45,658 nt of DNA from Candidatus Peregrinibacteria bacterium (lineage in GTDB: Bacteria; Patescibacteriota; Gracilibacteria; Peribacterales; Peribacteraceae). Shown piece after piece: positions 8,925 through 16,685 of the stretch (positions within the stretch are counted from its first letter, which is position 1; each line of letters starts with the position of its first letter). The stretch spans positions 1 through 45,658 of the forward strand of contig JACOTD010000075.1 in NCBI GenBank assembly GCA_016178535.1. Direction: 5' to 3'. Below the pieces are notes generated by a model. It did not search any database. It saw only the letters and a list, made by a program, of their open reading frames with translations, and was not told the origin of the DNA. The position numbers were made by a program, and so were the translations under genes.

Positions 8925-9683
8925 ATGCTCGATGCTGTGAAAGGAAGAATTCTTCGAATGTTGGCTCTGACGTCCTTGACGACGCTGTTCGCATGCACGG
9001 TGCAGGATCCGCTCTCGACCCCCGCGCCCAAGAGCTCTCTTTCCCCGACATTGCATCCATCCAGGAGTTCGTCGGCATCCACGAGACCCGAACTCGAGTA
9101 CGGTGATGCCGAAGCAGCGTCCTCGGGCAGCGCGCCCTCGCTCTCCATGGTCCCGGAGCGTCTGCTCGATTCCGGCCTGCTCGAAGTGGGCAATGCGGAT
9201 GCGCCGCTCGTGCTGCTCGGTCTCACGCACCACTCGTGCGCGTACTGCCGCGAGTTCTTTCAGACCGTTTTCCCGCGCCTCCTCTCCGAGGAGATCGCAA
9301 CGGGCAAGCTGCGGTACCAGATCGCGCTGCTGCCGATCCGAAAATACCCCGAAAGTGACATGCAGGCACGGGGACTCTTCTGCGCTGCAAAGCAAGGGAA
9401 GGGCCTCCTGATGCACCAAATGCTCTTCGAGCGCGGCGCAACGGACGAAGCGACCCTCCTCCTGCGCGCGCGGGAACTGCATCTGGAGAAGAAGGAATTC
9501 CGCGCATGCCTGGAGGCGAACGCCACGCAACTCGTGATGGCCGGGGAAGCGAGCCTGCCGGCGAGCTTGGGCGTGACGGTGGTGCCGACCTTCTTCCTCA
9601 ACGGAGAGAAATCCATCGGACTCCCGACGTACGCGGACATGCGCGGCAGGATCGGGGAGGCTCTCGCCAAGGGGAACCATTGA
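8925..9683 (+). CDS. DsbA/thioredoxin-fold lipoprotein
   Basis: Signal peptide with lipobox LTTLFAC. CAYC active-site motif. C-terminal VVPTFFLNG. Confidence 0.75.
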   Translation: MLDAVKGRILRMLALTSLTTLFACTVQDPLSTPAPKSSLSPTLHPSRSSSASTRPELEYGDAEAASSGSAPSLSMVPERLLDSGLLEVGNADAPLVLLGLTHHSCAYCREFFQTVFPRLLSEEIATGKLRYQIALLPIRKYPESDMQARGLFCAAKQGKGLLMHQMLFERGATDEATLLLRARELHLEKKEFRACLEANATQLVMAGEASLPASLGVTVVPTFFLNGEKSIGLPTYADMRGRIGEALAKGNH

Positions 9684-9692
9684 TCATCGATT

Positions 9693-9989
9693 CTACGATG
9701 AGGCGCATCGTGATGATGATCGCCCACCGACTCTCACGAGTTTGCGCCGTGACGTTGCGCCGGAGACAATGGTGATCGCGGAGCGAGGCACATTGCATTC
9801 TTTCGCAAGGAAGCGGATCAGCTCCGCGTTTGCAGCTCCATCTTCCGCAGCAGCCGCAAGGTCGATGCGAAGGCTGCCATCGTCCATGATGCCCTTCAGA
9901 TGTGTGCTCGAAGCGCCGGGGTGCGTGCGAATGGCGACCGTGATCGATCCTTCTGATGCAAGCCGTTCACGGAGATCGGGTGCGTTCAT
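9693..9989 (-). CDS. DUF167 (YggU-like) protein
   Basis: HPGASSTHLKG...DGAANAELIRFLAKE pattern. The ATG overlaps the trmD stop as ATGA. Confidence 0.7.
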   Translation of the reverse strand: MNAPDLRERLASEGSITVAIRTHPGASSTHLKGIMDDGSLRIDLAAAAEDGAANAELIRFLAKECNVPRSAITIVSGATSRRKLVRVGGRSSSRCASS

Positions 9990-10672
9990 ACGAGATGGTT
10001 CCTCCTCCACTCCTCGATCTTTGCATGATTCCCCGAAAGAAGAATGTCAGGAACGCGCATGCCGCGGAATTCTTCTGGGCGCGTGTAGTGGGGGTATTCC
10101 CTTTTTCGACTGAGCTTCTTCGAGAAACTTTCTTCATGAGCGGATTCCTCTTTCCCGAGCACTCCAGGCAGTTGGCGAGCGAGCGCATCGATGAGCACCA
10201 TGGCGGGGAGCTCCCCGCCCGTGAGCACGTAGTCGCCGATGGAAATCTCTTCATCGATCCATGTATCGATCACGCGCTGGTCGACGCCTTCGTAGTGCCC
10301 GCAGAGGAGGAGGATCCATTCGTGCTTCGTCGCGAGACGCTCGACCTCCGGCTGTGTGAGGCGCTTGCCGCGCGGAGAGAGGTACACACAAAGCGGCCCC
10401 CCAGACAGGACCCCTCCTCCTCCCCCGGAGGAGGGGACGGGGGTGGAGGCAATGGTTTCAATCGCCTTCACAACCGGCTCGGCCATCATCACCATTCCCG
10501 CCCCGCCGCCGTACGGACTGTCGTCGACTTGCCTGTGTCTCCCTCGGGCAAATGCGCGAATGTCATGCACATGAATCTCGAGGATCCTCTCTTCTTGCGC
10601 TCGCTGAAGGATGCTCTCGGTCAGAGGGCCTTGGAACATGGCCGGGAACAGGGTGAGGACATCGATGCGCAT
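9986..10672 (-). CDS. trmD: tRNA (guanine37-N1)-methyltransferase
   Basis: Motifs MRIDVLTLFPAMF, DDSPYGGGAGMVM, CGHYEGVDQRV, SIGDYVLTGGELPAMVLIDA. Carries an in-frame repeat insertion at 10411-10449. Confidence 0.9.
   Translation of the reverse strand: MRIDVLTLFPAMFQGPLTESILQRAQEERILEIHVHDIRAFARGRHRQVDDSPYGGGAGMVMMAEPVVKAIETIASTPVPSSGGGGGVLSGGPLCVYLSPRGKRLTQPEVERLATKHEWILLLCGHYEGVDQRVIDTWIDEEISIGDYVLTGGELPAMVLIDALARQLPGVLGKEESAHEESFSKKLSRKREYPHYTRPEEFRGMRVPDILLSGNHAKIEEWRRNHLV
10411..10449 (+). repeat. G-rich hairpin module embedded in frame in trmD
   Basis: CCCCTCCTCC-TCCCCC-GGAGGAGGGG-ACGGGGGTGGAGG, the same module as at 1291-1328. Read on the minus strand as STPVPSSGGGGGV. Confidence 0.8.
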
Positions 10673-10760
10673 GCACGCAGGATACCGGATTCGCCTGGGC
10701 GTTCTATGGGCAAACAGAACCGTTTTTACCGCATCCAAATGACGAAAAATGACAACCGTA

Positions 10761-11660
10761 TCACACCAAATCCCCCCACAGCGCGCTCACATCCTTCATC
10801 CCCACCTCTTCGACGCAGGTGGTCGTGACATCTTTTCGCGGAACGAGGCGATCGTAGAAGCTCGGGACGTCCTCGCGCTTGTAGAGAATACCCGTCGAGA
10901 TGCGCCTGGAGGTATCCACCGCGATCGCATGCGCACGATGGAGATCGGAGGGATCGTGCCCTTCCGCGTTTGCGTCGAAGCATCGCGCGAGGAGGTACTC
11001 ATGTGTGGCAAAATGGTTGTAGGTGGGGCAGGCCTGGAGGACGTCGACGAAGGCGAACCCGCAGCGCTGATGGAGAATGGCGGCTTTGAAGATTTCGGTG
11101 AGCTGCGGAATGTTCCCCGTGAAGCCGCGCGCGACGAACGTCGGCTCGAGCGCGAAGACGAACTCCATCGAACGCAGCGTGTGCTCCGGAATGCCGTTGG
11201 GTGAGGCGTTCATCGGCTGCTCCTGCCGCGTGAGCGCGCTTGCTTGCCCGAGCGTGAGGCCGTAATTGGCATTGTTGTGCAGGATGAATGTGATGGGATA
11301 GTTCGAACGAATGGCGTGGACGAGGTGACCGACCCCCTCGGAGAAGCTCGCGCCGTCGCCCCCGAAGGCGATGACGGGCACCTGCATATTCGCGAGCTTT
11401 GCGCCGGCGGCGAACGGCAGCACGCGCCCATGGAGCCCGTGTGCGCGGTAGCCGAGCAATTTATCCGACATGTTCCCGTGACAGCCGACGTCGTAGCAGA
11501 GGAGCACCTGCCACGGCGCGAGCTTCAGTTCCACGAGCGCTCGCTTGATCGCGGTCCACACACCGTAATCGCCGCACGCATCGCACCACGTGCACTGCGT
11601 TTGGCAGTGGTAGTCCTTCATGGAAGGACCGGAACCGGCAGTGTCGAGGGAGATGGGCAT
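10761..11660 (-). CDS. korB: 2-oxoacid:ferredoxin/flavodoxin oxidoreductase, beta (TPP-binding) subunit
   Basis: Motifs WCDACGDYG and GGDGASFSEG. 299 aa. Directly abuts the korA stop. Confidence 0.9.
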   Translation of the reverse strand: MPISLDTAGSGPSMKDYHCQTQCTWCDACGDYGVWTAIKRALVELKLAPWQVLLCYDVGCHGNMSDKLLGYRAHGLHGRVLPFAAGAKLANMQVPVIAFGGDGASFSEGVGHLVHAIRSNYPITFILHNNANYGLTLGQASALTRQEQPMNASPNGIPEHTLRSMEFVFALEPTFVARGFTGNIPQLTEIFKAAILHQRCGFAFVDVLQACPTYNHFATHEYLLARCFDANAEGHDPSDLHRAHAIAVDTSRRISTGILYKREDVPSFYDRLVPRKDVTTTCVEEVGMKDVSALWGDLV

Positions 11661-13460
11661 TCAATCAATGGTAGGAAATGACAATTTCGCGCGAATCAAT
11701 TCGATCAATTCATCCACGAAGAACGGCCGCCCGTCGTACTTCAGAATCTTCTCATTGATCTCCAGGCCGCACTCCTGGCGAATGAGCACCCCCAGCTGCC
11801 CCTGGTAATTCTGCTCCACGAGGATGATCTTCTTCGCCTTCTTCGCGAGTGCTTGGAGGCGCTCCGTCTTCAAGGGCCACAGATACGTAAAATGCAAATA
11901 GCCGATTCTCTTCCCGCCGAACTTCTCATCTGCAAGTGCATCCAACACTGTGTCCTTCGAGCTCCCCCATCCAACAATGAGACAATCCAATAATGGAGAC
12001 TCATTCGTAATTCGTCCTTTTCCATTTTCAATTTTCCAGAGTTCCGGCTCCGGCAAAGCCTGCTTCAAACTCTCCAGCTTCCGCATCCTCTTCTCCATCT
12101 GTTCCTTCGCGTTCTTGGCCGTCTCATCCACGGTGCCATCTGCATTGTGTTCGTCTCCCTGCGCGCAGTACGTGGCGGCGTTGGACCCGGGAAGCCACCG
12201 CAGCGAGATGCCGTCTTTGACGTTGGGATCGTAGCGATCCGTTCCCTTGAGTTCCTTCAACGCTGCAGGATCGGTGACGAGTTTTCCTCGCTCGACCTTG
12301 ACCTTCGTCTGATCGAAGGGAGTCTGCGTGTAGAGCGCCTCCGCGACCTGCTTGTCCGTGAGGACGATGACGCTGATCTGGAACTCCTCGGCCAGGTTGA
12401 ATGCGACGGGCATCAGATCGAATGCATCCTGACTGTCGCTCACGGCGAGCACGCACCGCGCAAACTCCCCGTGCGCGGTGTGGATCGCCATCAGGAGATC
12501 GCCCTGCGCGGTCCACGTGGGGAGGCCGGTGGCCGGCCCCGGGCGCTGCGCAAGCACGAAGACCGTTGGGTTTTCGAGGATGCCGTTCAAGGAAAGCGTC
12601 TCGCTCATGAGGTCGAAGCCTCCACCCGAGGTCGCGGTGAGCGCGCGCGCGCCCATGAACATCGCTCCGGTGACGATCTGCGCCGCTGTGATCTCGTCCT
12701 CCGCCTGCTTGAGAACCATGCCCGTCTGGTTCTGCAGATCGGCAATGAAGGAGAGGAGCGGACTCGACGGCGTCATCGGATACCCGGCGTACAGACGAAC
12801 GCCAGCGTGCATGGCGCCGAGCCCCATCGCCTGGCTTCCGGTCACGAGCAGGTGATCCTTCCAGACGGGATCGGAGGATGGGAGTGTGACGGAGACACGA
12901 CCGGCCGCAGGATCCGTGTACGAGAATCCTTCCTCGATGCACTTCATGTTGAGCTCCAGGAGATTCTTCTTCTTGGCGAACCGTTCGCCGACGAGCGCTT
13001 TGAGCTCGTCTTTGTCCTGTCCGAGCGCGGCCCACAGGAACGCGGCCAGGAGGACGTTGCCGAGGATCGGTTTGGCTCCGAGTCTCTTGAGGATTTCCTC
13101 GAGCGGGATCGCGATGACGGTACTCTTCCGCGAGCGGAGGAGCTTCTGATCTTCCGGAGAGAATTTCCACTCGGGTGTGAGGTGGATGAGCACTCCGCTC
13201 TCCTTCACATCCGCGAGGTTATGCTCGAGGCCGTGGTGATTGAGCGCCATGACCGCGTTGACCTTCGTCTCCGCGCTGCGGACGCGATCGTTGCTGCAAT
13301 CGAGCTGGTAGGACGCATGGCCGCCCTTGATGAGGGAGGGATACTCGCGATAACCGAACACGCAGTACCCCGCGCGCTTGAGCCCCTTGGCCACGATCTC
13401 CCCGATCGAGTTGATGCCCTGGCCGGATGCGCCGACGATTTTGAGGGAGATGCGTGTCAT
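11661..13460 (-). CDS. korA: 2-oxoacid:ferredoxin/flavodoxin oxidoreductase, fused gamma-alpha subunit
   Basis: 599 aa. N-terminal gamma-like domain (GASGQGINSIG), then alpha-domain motifs GYPMTPSSPLL and ENPTVFVLAQRPGPATGLPT. Confidence 0.9.
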   Translation of the reverse strand: MTRISLKIVGASGQGINSIGEIVAKGLKRAGYCVFGYREYPSLIKGGHASYQLDCSNDRVRSAETKVNAVMALNHHGLEHNLADVKESGVLIHLTPEWKFSPEDQKLLRSRKSTVIAIPLEEILKRLGAKPILGNVLLAAFLWAALGQDKDELKALVGERFAKKKNLLELNMKCIEEGFSYTDPAAGRVSVTLPSSDPVWKDHLLVTGSQAMGLGAMHAGVRLYAGYPMTPSSPLLSFIADLQNQTGMVLKQAEDEITAAQIVTGAMFMGARALTATSGGGFDLMSETLSLNGILENPTVFVLAQRPGPATGLPTWTAQGDLLMAIHTAHGEFARCVLAVSDSQDAFDLMPVAFNLAEEFQISVIVLTDKQVAEALYTQTPFDQTKVKVERGKLVTDPAALKELKGTDRYDPNVKDGISLRWLPGSNAATYCAQGDEHNADGTVDETAKNAKEQMEKRMRKLESLKQALPEPELWKIENGKGRITNESPLLDCLIVGWGSSKDTVLDALADEKFGGKRIGYLHFTYLWPLKTERLQALAKKAKKIILVEQNYQGQLGVLIRQECGLEINEKILKYDGRPFFVDELIELIRAKLSFPTID

Positions 13461-13470
13461 GGGATGAAAG

Positions 13471-13536
13471 GCGAATGGCGAGTTGCGAGTTACGAATCAT
13501 TCGTCACTCGTAACTCGTAATTCGTAATTCGTAATT
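13471..13536. repeat. heptad-repeat hairpin (GCGAATG/CGAGTTA/CGAATC | ATTCGTC/ACTCGTA/ATTCGTA...)
   Basis: The left arm lies in the flavodoxin-korA spacer. The right arm encodes the last ~10 codons of flavodoxin. CGAGTTACGAA pairs with TTCGTCACTCG with one mismatch. Confidence 0.85.
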
Positions 13537-13998
13537 TCCTTGTACAGTTTTCATCAACTCCTCGCCCCAGTGCTTCACTTTCTCCTCCTGCCCATACGGC
13601 TCATTGACGATCGTGAGCATCGGGATGATTTCCACGCCATGGTGTTCTGCGACGAAGGATTGCAGATGCGCCCCCGCCCCCGCCGTGTAGAAGTACCGAT
13701 CATCCCCCAGCGCGATGAGGGCGACCTTCCTGCCCGTCAGATCGACATCGTTCGCGCGATCACGAAGCAGAGCGAACATGTGCGGATTGAGCTGCCCTTC
13801 CTGCCCGCCCGTGTTCCAGGTGGAAGAGGCGAGCAAGAGCACATCGCCCGCGAGGAGATCCGCCGCTTGGGCTTCCTCCGCCCGCTTCACGAGAAGCGTC
13901 CATGTCGCGAGATCGCGGCGCAGCAGATCCGTGAGCAGACCGACCACGTACTCCGTGTGACCGCTCGTGGAGGCCTCGATGATCTGCAGAGAAGGCAC
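13504..13998 (-). CDS. flavodoxin
   Basis: FMN phosphate loop STSGHTEYV, then LLASSTWNTG. 164 aa, GTG start. The C-terminal NYELRITSYE is encoded by the repeat arm. Confidence 0.8.
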   Translation of the reverse strand: MPSLQIIEASTSGHTEYVVGLLTDLLRRDLATWTLLVKRAEEAQAADLLAGDVLLLASSTWNTGGQEGQLNPHMFALLRDRANDVDLTGRKVALIALGDDRYFYTAGAGAHLQSFVAEHHGVEIIPMLTIVNEPYGQEEKVKHWGEELMKTVQGNYELRITSYE

Positions 13999-14005
13999 GG
14001 AGCCG

Positions 14006-14011
14006 ATTGTA
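14006..14011 (-). promoter_or_regulatory. -10-like TACAAT, 7 nt upstream of the flavodoxin GTG
   Basis: The minus strand reads CTGTACAATCGGCTCCGTG. Confidence 0.35.
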
Positions 14012-14210
14012 CAGCATGGACATGGTGTCCCGGAATCACGGGGGATGTTTTCGCAGTTTTTTTATCGCCTCATTGCTTCGCTTCCTTGCGCAGGGCTTCC
14101 TCCATGACGCGCATGATGGCATGGTCTCTCGCAATGCTGTCGTCGTATTGTTGGAACGTGACCTCGAGAATGCGGGATGAACCGTCTTTTCCCTGCTGTT
14201 TGCTGCGTCG

Positions 14211-14240
14211 TCGAAAACCCAACGGTCTTCGTGCTTGCGC
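14211..14240 (+). repeat. exact 30-nt inverted copy of korA coding sequence (12548-12577)
   Basis: TCGAAAACCCAACGGTCTTCGTGCTTGCGC equals the reverse complement of 12548-12577 (korA codons for ENPTVFVLAQ). The match ends abruptly at both edges. Confidence 0.95.
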
Positions 14241-14513
14241 GCTTGGCGATCCTTCTCCTCTCGTTAGAGTGTGTGGACCGCCTGCCGCAGCGCTGTGGTT
14301 TCCGGCATCGGATGTCCTTGCGGGTTCCTCAACGCCTCGGTGGCCTGCCGGAGAATGTTTCTCTCAGGCTCGACTTTCGGCCGATCGAGTGCGGAGCGGT
14401 CCATAGAGCAGATGGGAAACGTTGATGCGATTGTACAGGACAAAAGTCTCCCACTTCCAATTCCCCTCTTGGCGCCTCCGACGATCGAATTTTCGAAGAT
14501 GCGACATTTCCTG

Positions 14514-14519
14514 TATACT
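14514..14519 (+). promoter_or_regulatory. -10-like TATACT, 8 nt upstream of the ACS ATG
   Basis: TGTATACTGTAAGGAAATG. Confidence 0.4.
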
Positions 14520-14527
14520 GTAAGGAA

Positions 14528-16603
14528 ATGAGCCTCCTCTCCCCCACCTCCATCGCCGTCATTGGGGCATCCTCCGAGGAGAAGAAAGTGGGACATGAAA
14601 TTTTCAAGAATCTCCTCACGCAGGGATACGAAGGAGACGTGTATCCGGTGAACGCGAAGCATCCCGAGATTCTTGGACGCAGAGCGTACGCATCCATCAG
14701 GGACATTCCCGGACCAATCGATTGCGCAGTGATCGTGACGCCCGCGAAGACGGTGGCGACGATTCTGGATGACTGCGGAGCGAAGGGCATGAAGACGGTC
14801 GTCGTCATCAGCGCGGGATTCGCGGAACTCGGAACCGCTGAGGGTCGCGCCATGGAAGACGAGCTCGCAGCGAAGGCGAAGGAGTATGGCATGGCGCTCG
14901 TGGGACCCAACTGCCTGGGAATCCTGCGACCGGGCATCGGGATGAACGCCTCGTTCGCGGAAGAATTGCCGGCGAGCGGATCCGTCGCGCTCTTGAGCCA
15001 ATCCGGAGCGCTCGCGGTGGCCGTGATGGACGCGGCCCCATCCTTCCATCTGGGCTTCTCGACCGTCATCAGCATGGGGAACAAAGCGACGATGGACGAG
15101 TGTGACTTCCTCGAGCTCTGCGCGGAGGATCCCCAGACGACCGTGATCGGGCTCTACCTCGAGAGCATCACGGACGGGCGGCGGTTCCTGGAAGTCGCTT
15201 CGAACGTTGCAGAAAACAAGCGCATCGTCCTCATCAAATCCGGCGTGACGGAGCACGGGAGGCAATCCGTCTCGTCGCACACGGGCGCGCTCGCGGGATC
15301 GGATGCCGCCATCGACGCCGCATGTACGCAGTGCGGGATGCACCGCGCCAGGACGATGCGGGAATTCTTGAATCTTCTCCGGGTGCTCTCCACGCAGCCC
15401 CCGCTCCCCACTCCGAACATCGCCGTCATCACGAACGCCGGTGGGCCGGGCATCCTCGCCACCGATGCCGCGGAGCAGGCGGGGCTGCAACTTCCTTCAC
15501 TCGATCACAAGAACGACCAAGCCTTGAAAGTGAAGCTCCCGCCCGCCGCGAGCACCCATAATCCCATCGACGTACTGGGGGACGCACTCGCCGATCGCTA
15601 CGGTGCGGCGATGGAAGCGGCGGCGGACGATCCGGGGATCGACGGGATCGCCGCTCTCCTCACGCCCCAGATCATGACGCCGTGCGAGGACATCGCGAGG
15701 GCGGCGGCTGCGACGAAGAAGACGCGCCCTCTCCTCCCGATCGTCGCGAGCTTCATGGGCGACAAGAACGTGCGGAAGGCGATCGCGATCCTCCAGGAAC
15801 ACGGCATCCCGAACTTCGCCTCGCCCGAGGAAGCCATCGATGCTCTGGCGACTCTGCGTCCATGTTCACGAATGACGACGCAGACGAATAGTGTCGATAT
15901 CAAGCGCCAAAGAAGCGCTCAAGCATTGCTGAACGGAACGAGCGGCCTCCTCGGTGAAGAAGCAATGGAGAAGCTCCTCGCCCTCTACGTGCTCCCGATT
16001 CCCGCGCAGACGCTCGTGCGGAAGAGAGAGGAAATTCCACGCGCGATCGAAGTGCTCGGTTTCCCGCTCATCGCGAAAATCAGCGCGCCGGAGATCCTCC
16101 ACAAGACCGACGTCGGTGGCGTGCGGGTGAACATTCGGACCATGGAAGATGCGATCTCCGCCTTCGAACACATCGTAAACACGGTCCGGAAGAACCGACC
16201 GGATGCAGCCATTCGCGGGGTGCTCTTCCAGCGCTTCCTCCCGGCCGGCGACGAGTTCATCGTCGGAGCGCTGCGGGATCCATCGTTCGGGCACCTGCTC
16301 ATGACGGGTCTCGGGGGCATCTACACCGAACTCTTCCGCGATACCGCCTTCCGCATCGCTCCCGCCGAGACTCAGGACGCCTACGCGATGCTCCAGGAAC
16401 TGAAGGCGTGGAAGCTCCTGCTCGGCATGCGCGGCAAAGAGCAAGCGGACATCGATGCGCTCGTGGACGTGATCGTGCGCACGGGGATGCTCGTCACCGA
16501 GTGCCCCCAGATCCGCGAGCTCGACTTCAACCCGGTGATCGTGGATGCAAACGGCGTGACGATCGCGGATGCGAAGGTCATTGTGGACAAGAATGACGAA
16601 TGA
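14528..16603 (+). CDS. acetyl-CoA synthetase (ADP-forming), fused alpha/beta
   Basis: 691 aa. N-terminal CoA-binding and succinyl-CoA-synthetase-like domains (SIAVIGASSEEKKVGH, LLSQSGALAV) plus a C-terminal ATP-grasp domain (PLIAKISAPEILHKTDVGGV). Confidence 0.9.
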   Translation: MSLLSPTSIAVIGASSEEKKVGHEIFKNLLTQGYEGDVYPVNAKHPEILGRRAYASIRDIPGPIDCAVIVTPAKTVATILDDCGAKGMKTVVVISAGFAELGTAEGRAMEDELAAKAKEYGMALVGPNCLGILRPGIGMNASFAEELPASGSVALLSQSGALAVAVMDAAPSFHLGFSTVISMGNKATMDECDFLELCAEDPQTTVIGLYLESITDGRRFLEVASNVAENKRIVLIKSGVTEHGRQSVSSHTGALAGSDAAIDAACTQCGMHRARTMREFLNLLRVLSTQPPLPTPNIAVITNAGGPGILATDAAEQAGLQLPSLDHKNDQALKVKLPPAASTHNPIDVLGDALADRYGAAMEAAADDPGIDGIAALLTPQIMTPCEDIARAAAATKKTRPLLPIVASFMGDKNVRKAIAILQEHGIPNFASPEEAIDALATLRPCSRMTTQTNSVDIKRQRSAQALLNGTSGLLGEEAMEKLLALYVLPIPAQTLVRKREEIPRAIEVLGFPLIAKISAPEILHKTDVGGVRVNIRTMEDAISAFEHIVNTVRKNRPDAAIRGVLFQRFLPAGDEFIVGALRDPSFGHLLMTGLGGIYTELFRDTAFRIAPAETQDAYAMLQELKAWKLLLGMRGKEQADIDALVDVIVRTGMLVTECPQIRELDFNPVIVDANGVTIADAKVIVDKNDE

Positions 16604-16659
16604 GAAAATTGAACCTTGATTCATCGCTCGAAACAGTCTCATACATACACCAAAACACC

Positions 16660-16685
16660 GCAGGCAAGTATGCCTGCTCCTCAGG
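16660..16685 (+). repeat. GCAGGCA-AGTA-TGCCTGC hairpin element, copy A
   Basis: 7-bp stem, AGTA loop and trailing TCCTCAGG. Related to copies at 27130-27157 and 38468-38496, with an A/T compensatory pair in the stem. Confidence 0.8.

Noticed and set aside
13471-13536. Short tandem repeats considered as CRISPR arrays (also at the other heptad loci)
   Set aside because: The units are 7-9 nt with no spacers, arranged as two complementary arms, and no cas genes are present. This is not CRISPR.
14211-14240. 30-nt korA match considered as a self-targeting CRISPR spacer
   Set aside because: There are no flanking direct repeats and no array or cas genes in the window.
14264-15490. 408-aa minus-strand ORF
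   Set aside because: It is antisense to the ACS gene, which has clear CoA-binding and ATP-grasp motifs. Only its last 46 codons (14264-14404) lie in non-coding DNA; they are discussed separately.
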